From assembly GCF_006345805.1 (NCBI RefSeq), contig NC_043015.1, forward strand, positions 27,838,001-27,902,000: a DNA stretch of 64,000 nt, written 5' to 3'. The notes beneath the pieces are model-generated. The model worked only from the letters and a program-made list of their open reading frames with translations. It did no database searches and had not been told where the DNA came from. Position numbers and translations under genes: made by a program. Within the stretch, counting starts at the first letter, position 1. Each line of letters opens with the position of its first letter. This document shows positions 53,633-64,000 of the stretch, one piece after another. The DNA is from Octopus sinensis (Eukaryota).

Positions 53633-54020
53633 ATCATCGTTTAACGTCCGCTTTCCATGCTAGCATGGGTTGGACGATTTTGACAGAGGGCTGCCGAACC
53701 AGATGGCTGCACCAGTTTCCAATCTTGATCTGGCAAGAGTTTCTACAGCTGGATGCCCTTCCCAATGCCAACCACTCCGAGAGTGTAGTGGGTGCTTTTT
53801 ACACGCTACCGGCACGGGGGCCAGTCAGGCGGTACTAGCAATGACCTCGCTCGAATCATTTTACACATGGCACAGGTGCCAGTAAGGCGACGCTGGTAAT
53901 GATCACACTCGAATAGTGCCCTTTTACGTGCCACCGGCACAGAAGCCAGTTAGCCGCTCTGGCAACGATCACGCTCGGATGGTGCTCTTCGCACCCTACT
54001 AGCACAGGCACAAGTGCCAG
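53633..54020 (-). mobile_element. Family C retroposon with about 4 internal repeat modules
   Basis: Repeated gtgcttttta(c/t)gtgcc-type modules. Confidence 0.85.
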
Positions 54021-55724
54021 TGCTTATAGAATGTAATTAATAAAGGACAGCAAAACAATTTATCCCTAATTAATATTACATAGAACTAAAGTGGAGAGCT
54101 GGCAGAATCGTTAGCACACCAGGCAGGCTGTTTAGCAGCATTTCATCAGTCTTTACATTCTGAGTTCAAATTTCACTGAGGTCGATTTTGCCTTTCATCC
54201 TTTGGGGGGGGGGGGGGGTCGATAAAATAAGTACTACTTGAGCACTGGGGTCAATGTAATCGACTCGTCCCACTCCCCTGAAATTGCTGGCCTCATCTCA
54301 AAATTTAAAACCAATATTTCAGAGAACTTACATTCCTAATGACCTTGAGAAGTCACCCAAACCTATCCCTTCTTCTTTAAGTCTCAGGTCTGGTACCTAC
54401 GTAGGAAATCATTATTTTATTACATTTTTATTATAAGGATTACTCTCTCTATTTTGGCTCAGAAAAGAGTAATTGTAGTGTAGTATACAATACAACATTA
54501 AACAAAACTAAGTAGGAAATCATTAATGTAGGACAATTCATCTACATTTTATAAAATTCTCCCTGTAATAGATGGAAGAAGTATACAAACAAATTTAAAT
54601 ATCTGATTTAAGATGCTTGAAGCCAACAGTGAAAATTCACATTCTGATGATAATGTCTGCACCTGCATCATTGGTTCTGCTTACTTTAAAAAGGCAGCAA
54701 CATATGACAACATCATAGCAACCTGAAGATGAGACTAGGAAAGTCTAGAAATAATGATGATGGTTGGCGTTAGGAAGGGCATCCAGCTGTAGAAACTCCG
54801 CCAGATCAGATTGGAGCCTGGTGTAGCCATCTGGTTTGCCAGACCTCAGTCAAATCATACAACCCATGCTAGCATGGAAAGCAGACGTTAAACGATGACA
54901 ACGATTTTGAAGGCAAAGTCAAACTCTTCCACATACTGAAACTGTTTTACAATCATAAATAATGCTTTTCAGAAAGGCAGCCATCTCACAACTTATTTTA
55001 TTTCTCATTAAAATAACCTTCTTCTTCACAACTATGACAGAAATAATTACTATTTTTTCTCTCTTTTGAATTGAATAATTTTGATTCATTAAAGCTAAAG
55101 CAGAAGAAAATACTTTCCCACTTAATTATTCTTGGGGAATATATATATAGTCATGCTAGAACACTCATGGAAATTTATTATAAATTTAGAATCTAAAAAT
55201 CTAATGAGTACAGTTTGTTTATAGAGTAGAAGAAAGAAAAGAAATGTATTGTTATTGGGAAATGTTGGTTTTTAATAAAAGGTTACACCTCTGCACTTCA
55301 CCTTTGTTAAAGGTGGTGATTCTTTTGCCTAATCTGAAAAATTTATTGGAATTATTGATTAGAAATTTATGGTTTGCAATCTTAATTTTAGTCAAAGATA
55401 GAGACTGTTTAAATTTAAGATATTTTTAAGATATAAGTTTCAAGCAACAATCTTCAAAAGGAGAGTAGAAGGAAAAAAAAGACTGAATGCTGCAGGTTAT
55501 TTTTCCCCCATGATAAATTACTATTATTTCTAGATGAAGTATTTTCAAGAATTTTTCTTAACATAATTTCCATAATAAACAATACTATCCTTCAAAACCT
55601 AATAGACCATTGCTGTCATTTTATAATAAAAGTACAGTATTTATCACTGTGTTATATATAATACATGAAATTTAAGAATTTAGAGGAAAGAACAGCAAAC
55701 AATGCTATAATAATAATAATAATA

Positions 55725-55768
<44 letters not shown>

Positions 55769-57343
55769 GTAATAAAATCATAACTGCCATTGATTCAGTA
55801 CTTGACTGGTACTTTATTTTATAGACCCTGGAGAGATGAAAGACAAAGTAGACCAGAGCAGGATTTGAAGTCAGATTGTAACGAGCCAATTTTGTCTGAT
55901 GCCCTAACAATTCTGCCATTCCACTTTCCCCTTTTGCTTAGTGGAATTTCTTGTGGCCTTATGTTCTGTGTTCAAATGCTGTCAAGGTCAACCTTGCTTT
56001 TCACTGTTTCAGGGTCAATAAAATAAGTATCCGTTGAGCACCAGGGTCAATGAAATTAACTAGCTCTCTCCACACAAAATTTCAGGCTTTGTGCCTTTAG
56101 TAGAAAGGATTATCATTATTATTATTATTAATATTATTATTCTATGTTTGACTTTTGCTTTGCATTTGCACAAGTTGGCTCCAAGTCTCACACAGAGACC
56201 TCAAGAGACAACAAGTTGGAAGTTCATGTTGGTGTTATGCCTAGGGTGTCATATATTTGGTTTTGTACTTAGTGTTGTTCTAGAGAATGTTTAAGAAACC
56301 ATAAGAAAATCATGTTTGTTTTAAAACTTGAGATTAAATAGAAAGTATTTTGCGTAAGATATGAGCAGTTCCCATGAGCACTATCTTTTGAATTTCTGCC
56401 ATTTTGGGGTTTCCTGGTATCTGAGCTAGGTAGCCATCAGCCCCTTTTGCTATCATTCCCAGGGCACTTATGACAACAATTATTATTATTATTATTATTC
56501 TGCAAAATCAATAGTTTTTTAATAAGCTTTCACTGGATTTTTAGAGCAGCTTACACTTGCAAGCTGCAATTTTTGTAAGAGTTATTTAAACAGATAATAT
56601 TTTACTGATGCAACTGACAAACACATTAAAATATAGGTAATCACAGAATGAGCCAAAATACATTCGATAGATAGTTCTTCAGCTATTCTATTGTACTTTG
56701 CACAAAAGACAAAGCCTTTTATTTTTAATAACTGTACTTGTAGTTTAGATCACCTATATCGCTTGCTTGTATTGATTTTTCTCTTCTTATCGCATCTTGT
56801 CCTAGTCTAAAACAAAGTGTGTTTAGGAATATAAAAATACAAATAAATAATCAAACAAAAAATCACCAACATGAAAATGAAATTGTGCCAATGGGAGCAA
56901 ACTAGCAAACAACCAGTTACATCCAGTACATATGTTCTAATTCATCTTTACAGGAAATCTTTTTGAATGCAACAAGTGGTCTCTGGTTCTATTAGATACG
57001 ATAATTGTCAGGAGATTCAAAAGATCAAATATCTTTAAATCTACTTCGACAGTTGAATACTTATGTTCATTTGTGAGCAGCCGCATCTAATTCGAAGAGA
57101 TATAACACAATTATTTCAACCACAATAGCTGAACGACGTCCCGTGTATGTGTGCTATAGAAATATATTCCAGTCTGCGAGCGACAGCATCAGAAAATGAC
57201 AAATCTGCTAAGAGCAATTGAACTAACAAACTGGCTTTGTTTTGAATGCAATCAGTGAATTTCATTGGGAAGGGAAAAATCACCTGCCAAACTAGATCAA
57301 GTCACAGTTATCAGTTCAAATTATATAGGATAGTCAACGTATA

Positions 57344-57508
57344 GGCGCAGGAGTGGCTGTGTGGTAAGTAGCTTGCCAACCAATCACATGGTTCCGGGTT
57401 CAGCCCCACTGCGTGGCATCTTGGGCAAGTGTCTTCTGCTATAGCCCCGGGCCGACCAATGCCTTGTGAGTGGATTTGGTAGACGGAAACTGAAAGAAGC
57501 CTGTCGTA

Positions 57509-57540
<32 letters not shown>

Positions 57541-57780
57541 GGTGTGTGTGTATATGTTTGTGTGTCTGTGTTTGTCCCCCTAGCATTGCTTGACAACCGA
57601 TGCTGGTGTGTTTACGTCCCCGTCACTTAGCGGTTCGGCAAAAAGAGACCGATAGAATAAGTACTGGGCTTACAAAAAGAATAAGTCCCGGGGTCGATTT
57701 GCTCGACTAAAGGCGGTGCTCCAGCATGGCCGCAGTCAAATGACTGAAACAAGTAAAAGAGTAAAAGAGAGTAAAGAGTA
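57344..57780 (+). mobile_element. SINE family A, near consensus
   Basis: Full copy about 170 bp from the donor of the Rab6 57947-58058 exon. Confidence 0.9.
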
Positions 57781-57945
57781 TAATCTCAAACAGTTGTGAA
57801 GAGTACAGTTTATTACTGGCGATAGTGTTTCGCATCTTGTCTTGTAATATAATGTTAAGCTTTGCATAAATCAAAAAAAACACTCTGCATCACGACAAGA
57901 TATAAATTAAGATAAACAAACGAAGAATTTCAAAATGTCTTTTTA

Positions 57946-58086
<141 letters not shown>

Positions 58087-58621
58087 TTAAATAATATATA
58101 TAAATGGATATTGTCATTACAAAATAATGAGGTAAAAGTGATTAATAAAAGTATACGTGTGTATTTTTTTTAATGGTTATAATAACTGTACTATGGATGC
58201 GAAAACCAAACTCTTTAGTGAAACTTTCATGCCTTTTTCATTAGTAAAACAATCTCTTAAAAGCCAATTAGGTGTTAAAGCTGAAATGAAGACTGGATGT
58301 AATAAATAAACAATCGATTCAAAACTAAAATTATCTTAATTCATACATCACTGTTGTGTCATAAATTACACAGCTCTTAATGGTAAAAAAAGAAAGAAAA
58401 AGTATTGATTTATTGATCCTCGAAACAAAATAATTGTAATATTGTTGAAGTAATTACCAAAAATTAAATTTACAAATAACATGAGACAAAAAAATAAATA
58501 AATAAATGAAAGAATTTCTTTTCCCCTCGTCATCTTCCTCCCTCAGTCTAAGAGCAATACCATTTATATATGTTGACAGCAAAGCCTCCAAATAATGCGA
58601 TATCAATGTCAAGGTTATTTA

Positions 58622-58804
<183 letters not shown>

Positions 58805-59129
58805 CTAAAGTGATAAGGAGAAAGTGGTCTTTCCTTCCAATCAATATGTTGACTAATTAATTTTTTTTATCCTCTCTCACCAGTGCCCCACTTCCTTTCC
58901 TTTCCTTGAAGAAGGTCCTAAATCCGAAGCATGAAGACATGCCTTATTTATTTCAAGTGTTCCCGTATCTTCCGGCATCTTACAGTATGTAGTGTAAAAA
59001 TTCAAATTTCATCGCTGTCTTTCCAAATCTTGCAGCATTTCCCAAGCAATTATTGGTCCTCCAAAATCATTTTGGTGTATAAGTTGACATAGCTTTTTTA
59101 GGCTGTAAATTTTGATCTGAAAATTCTAA

Positions 59130-59414
59130 ATGCCTGCTGGAAATTCAGTAATTTCAGAGAATTTCTATGACTTCACCAGCCCCAATTTCTGGCCTCCTAA
59201 TTTCCCCAATAGTAATCCCATTAATTACTGTATGGTGGGGAGCACGGTTGAGAAAGACACCAACCACTCTGCTTGCAGCACCAAGGCTGAGCTGGAGGCC
59301 AAAATCAAGGAAGTGTTCAAAGATCTCTCCAGAGACACGGTGAGATACATATGTGCTGGGTTCTGGAGCTGTTTCGAGGCCATGGTGGAAGCTCAGGTCA
59401 GCTACTTTGAGTAA
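59130..59414 (+). mobile_element. Tc1/mariner transposase C-terminal remnant
   Basis: SPNFWPPNFPNSNPINY (decayed WPPNSPDLNPxDY)...KAELEAKIKEVF...FEAMVEAQVSYFE. Confidence 0.85.
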
Positions 59415-61145
59415 ACTTTTATCTCCCAGCCACAATCTAGTTGATATGCTATTTTTTAATTAAAAAAAAAATACTTATTTTTGGATGGGATATTGTTTTC
59501 TTTTTCTTTTATGCAAACTGTCGAATTACAATGACAGAATTAACATAGATGCTAAGGGAGCCTTTATACTGTTGTTTGACCTGCCAGAAATAGCAGTCAA
59601 ATGTCACTGGAAGCAAGTTCTTCAACCCAGTTGTGTTTCATTATGCTGCACCAGGAAATTCTATCCTCCATTTCCTCAGGAAGGTCCTCAATTTCATCCT
59701 CTACTAGGGTGTGGAAGTTTTTAAAACAATCCATTTTAATGTTCAGCACAACAGAAATGAGCAGCAAAACTGACAAATTACTTTAGAATAAGCAGGACAC
59801 ATTGGACATTGTACTCTTAGATATATTACACCTGAATAAAATGAGGGCCTCGAACAGAACATTCATGATCACAATCTATCTGATCCTTCAATGCTTACAC
59901 TAAAATAAAATAAACCATCGTTCAAAAAATTGCCATTACTATTATTTGATACATCAGTCCTCTGCCAGTTAAAGTCTTTTGCTTTATTTTCATTTCTAAT
60001 ATCTTTGGGACAGACATAAAAACTATAGCTTCCTATTTTCCTGTTCAGGAAAAATCTTAATTTTCAATTATTTTCTTAATGATCAAACTTTATTTCTTTC
60101 GTTCTTATTGCTTTAAATATTTATAAATTAAAACCACAATAACCAGTCCAACAGACAACACAGCACAACAGTACAAGTTGTTTGCTTGTAATATAAATTC
60201 CTATTAAATAAACATATAGGAGTATAATAAAAATTGGAATCATTTAAAATTTATTAAAAAACAGAAAACATTGGCGTAATTCGTTTTTTTTTTAAAGCTA
60301 TAAGTTTATTCCATTTTTCGATTTCGTTCGTTATTCAGCTGAAAGCTAATCATACCAGTAGAAAATTGAACTGGTTTCCAAGGATACGACAAAAATTGAA
60401 GTATTTTTGGATTAAATGAATAGAATAAGCACCTTTATGTGGAAAGAATCAGAAAAATTTCTGGAGTAAAAAGAGGCAAAACTGAACTTGATCATTCACT
60501 GTGTCACTCTACAATTCAAATACAAAGTCAATGAACAAACTTTTTCATAATCAACATCTAATTTATCCCTATTGACCTCAACTAATAAAGAAATAGAGGA
60601 ACTGTGACATTCACAGCTCCCATACTAAGGGTTGCAAGTTCAGATTACCAGAAATTAACTTTTGCTCTATTGGCAAACAATGATTTCTATGATAGACACA
60701 AGGTCACATATAGAGCAAAGAAATGTAACAAGTGAAACTTGGCCAGTGTTTATTTTATGAACCCAAGAAAAATGAAAGGCAGAACCAATATCACCGAAAT
60801 TTGATCACAAAATGTAAAGGGATGTAACTAGATACCATAAGACATTTTGTCGACCATTCTACCAATTTGTTTAATCCACCACCCTTCATCACCATCTTCA
60901 TCATCATGCTTGCATGGATGGAATTTGTTGAAGATTTTCTATAGCCAGAAACCCTTCTTGCTAGCTATTACCTGTTTCCAAGTAAGGCAATTTTCCCCCC
61001 ATGGTTGGATGTGTTTTCATTGAAGATTAGGAACAAAGGGCCCTGCTTGTTATCATGGCTGCAGTCAAATGACTGAAACAAGTAAAATAATAAAAGAATG
61101 TAAAGAAAGCAAGAAGTGGGGAAAGAGGAATGGTATGAACTGGCA

Positions 61146-61179
<34 letters not shown>

Positions 61180-61182
<3 letters not shown>

Positions 61183-61400
61183 AGAGTTTACGAAAAAAAC
61201 AAAAGACGAAGACAGGTGGTGTACAAAACAAACAGATGTCTTAGTATAACGTTCAGGAATAGAAAAAGTCTTTTACGTTTCGAGCCTACACTCTTCTACA
61301 GAAAGGGACACAGAAAAAACAAGGAGAGAAAAAAATGTGTGTAGTGGCTAATGATCTATCATGGCAACTGACTCGGACAGAAATAAAGATGACCCCCATA
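61180..61400 (-). mobile_element. Short (TA)n-embedded Penelope-like element
   Basis: Contains the 61270-61305 hammerhead. A reverse-complement fragment of its end occurs at 6183-6250, also within (TA)n. Confidence 0.55.
61270..61305 (-). ncRNA. Minimal hammerhead motif, A6U core
   Basis: CUUU-CUGUAGA-a-GAGU guag GCUC-GAAAC-GUA-AAAG; helix III palindrome ACGU. Confidence 0.65.
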
Positions 61401-61859
61401 TATATATATATAATGAGGAACAAGAATGTTGAAAATAATGCCTTTACATTGAAACAGAAATTAGGCAACAGAAGAATCTGGCATAAACTAGAAATTGGTA
61501 AGAAAGTTGAGTTGGTGATTGAGTAATAGAAGTGGAAGTTATCAATGGATTTTCACAGAAGAATACTGTCTGTTGCATATTTAGGCCTAAAGTAGAATGG
61601 ACTAACCCAAGAGAGATTAATGATACATTAATAAAAATTCGATAAAGCTGCATTTGTGTGTGCCTGCACATGCAATGAGCAAATTTAATGATCTGAATAC
61701 CTAAAAATATTTCACAAGATGAGACGACTGTGGGGATACTGTTTGGATGCCTGCAATTTGGCATGGCTGGCTGGACATTGAACCTGTTTTGCTAACAGTA
61801 CATTTTGGCATTGGAAGCAAACACAGACACACACACAATGGATGTGTGCAGAAATACAT

Positions 61860-62245
61860 GGAGAGGGTTGAGTGAGAGAGAGAGAGAGATGGGAGAGAGA
61901 TAGAAGGATAGGAGAGAGATAGAGAGATAAGAGAGAGATGGAAGAGAGAGATAGGAGAAAGAGATAGGAGAGAGAGAGAGAGAGGGTTGAGTGAGAGAGA
62001 AGCATTACAATTTATTGACATAAACAGTTTTTCACTCATCATACGCATAAAGAGAAATATGCTTAGAGAGAAGGGAGAGATAGGAGAGGGAGAGAGATAG
62101 GAGAGAGATGAGAGAGAGAGAGGGGTTGAGTGAGAGAGAAGCATTACAATTTATTGACAAACAGAAAGATGGGAGGAGGAAGGAGAGGGAATGAGATAGA
62201 GGAGAGGGAGAGGGAGGGAGAGAGAGAGGGAGGGAGAGAGGGAAG
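61860..62245. repeat. Purine-rich (GA)n tract with a 139-bp duplicated module
   Basis: gggttgagtgagagagaagcattacaatttattgaca occurs twice (agcattac at 62001 and 62140). Confidence 0.85.
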
Positions 62246-62259
62246 GAACTGAGGGATGT

Positions 62260-62608
62260 ATTCACTCGTTCGACTGTGGCCATGCTGGGGCACCATATTG
62301 AAGAATTTTTAGTCAAATGAATCAATCCCTTGTTTTTTCTTTTAGCCTGGTAGTTATTCCATTGGTCTCTTTTGTTGAACCACTAGGTTACAGGGACATA
62401 AATACACCAATAGCAGTTGTCAAGCAGTGGTGGAAGACAAACACAGACACATACACACATTCAATGAGCTTCTTACAGTTTCTGTCTCCCAAATCCACTC
62501 ACAAGGCTTTGGTTGGCCCAAGGCTACAGAAGACACTTATGCAAGATGCCACATAGTGGGACCGAACCTGGAATCATGTGGTTGGATGCAAGCTTCTTAC
62601 CACAAGGC
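62260..62608 (-). mobile_element. SINE family A, diverged
   Basis: gactgtggccatgctgg and ccaaatccactcacaaggctttggttggccc blocks. Confidence 0.7.
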
Positions 62609-63570
62609 TATGGCAGAAGCGTTAGCACGCCGGGCGAAATGCATAGCCGTATTACGTCTGCCGTTACGTTCTGAGTTCAAATTCCGCCAAGGTTGACTTT
62701 GCCTTTCATCCTTTCGGGGTCGATAAATTAAGTACCAGTAACACACTGGGATCGATATAATCGACTTAATCCGTTTGTCTGTCCTTGTTTATCCCCTCTG
62801 TGTTTAGCCCTTTGTGGGTAGTAAAGAAATAGGTATTTCGTCAGCCGTTACGTTCTGAGTTCAAATTCCGCCGAGGTCGACTTTACCTTTCATCCTTTCG
62901 GGGTCGATAAATTAAGTACCAGCAACACACTGGGGTCGATATAATCGACTTAATCCGTTTGTCTGTCCTTGTTTGTCCTCTCTGTGTTTAGCCCCTTGTG
63001 GGCAGTAAAGAAATAGGTATTTCGTCTGCCGTTACGTTCTGAGTTCAAATTCCGCCGAGGTCGACTTTACCTTTCATCCTTTCGGGGTCGATAAATTAAG
63101 TACCAGCAACACACTGGGGTCGATATAATCGACTTAATCCGTTTGTCTGTCCTTGTTTGTCCTCTCTGTGTTTAGCCCCTTGTGGGCAGTAAAGAAATAG
63201 GTATTTCGTCTGCCGTTATGTTCTGAGTTTAAATTCCGCCGAGGTCGACTTTGCCTTTCATCCTTTCGGGGTCGATAAATTAAGTACCAGCAACACACTG
63301 GGGTCGATATAATCGACTTAATCCGTTTGTCTGTCCTTGTTTGTCCTCTCTGTGTTTAGCCCCTTGTGGGCAGTAAAGAAATAGGTATTTCGTCTGCCGT
63401 TATGTTCTGAGTTTAAATTCCGCCAAGGTCGACTTTGCCTTTCATCCTTTCGGGGTCGATAAATTAAATACCAGTAACGCACTGAGGTCGATATAATCGA
63501 CTTAATCCGTTTGTCTGTCCTTGTTTGTCCCCTCTGTGTGTAGCCCCTTGTGGGTAGTAAAGAAAGGTAT
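62609..63570 (+). repeat. Head plus 5 tandem 184-bp units of SINE family B
   Basis: Unit starts at 62649, 62833, 63017, 63201 and 63385; junction aagaaata-ggtatttcgtc. Confidence 0.95.
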
Positions 63571-64000
63571 TGTGTATTTTGTTGTTTTGGCACCTAAACT
63601 ATTATTATGCATGCCCCCACCACACACATACCACCCCCCTATACCTTTGTTTTCCTTTTTTCCCCCCATTTTTATGTGTTTTTTAGTTCAGAAGGATATC
63701 CATATTTTATGCATGCTTGCATTGATTAATACATTTGTGTAGGAAAATAAGAAACTAGTCAATAGCATATCTGCACTTTTCTTAGAATCCATACACTTGC
63801 ATGATCGCTGTAATCTACAGGGAGGTAAAAGACTTGAATAGAGATTACAGCCAACACGCTGAGTGATGCCGAATGCAAGGAGGCTGGCATCGGATTTTGA
63901 TATTTCGCTTTCTATGCATGCACACGGTCACATGTGCTTGTTAGAGTTCAAAAAATTATGCCAGATGAGGAAATATTGATAAGAGTTGAAGCCTCTGAGA

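Noticed and set aside
62649-63570. Regular repeat array suggestive of CRISPR
   Set aside because: Units are whole 184-bp SINE bodies with no unique spacers; eukaryotic context and no cas genes.

Overview
AT-rich, microsatellite- and SINE-dense animal genomic DNA. The repeat families look cephalopod, most likely Octopus (inference). The only host gene I can support is Rab6 on the minus strand. Its last five coding exons (58630-58735, 57947-58058, 52135-52228, 50042-50105, 19273-19340) have canonical GT-AG ends and splice in frame to [147 protein letters not shown]. The earlier exons were not found and presumably lie beyond 64000. The last intron is 30,701 bp. The rest of the window is tRNA-derived SINEs (at least three families), an ATG-tailed retroposon family, RTE/CR1 LINE ends, TTAA (piggyBac-type) and hAT MITEs, a Tc1/mariner remnant, a 747-bp tandem duplication and a 5x184-bp SINE array. 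The most notable unannotated signal is about ten type-I hammerhead-ribozyme motifs, found by eye, in short Penelope-like elements often next to (TA)n. All have a self-complementary (dimer-type) helix III. Together they show three versions of the core 3-8 pair: C3-G8, U3-A8 and G3-C8 (the last in two copies). Three elements are foldbacks, and four motifs lie sense within the Rab6 pre-mRNA. All RNA structures are hand-derived and none has been tested for activity.
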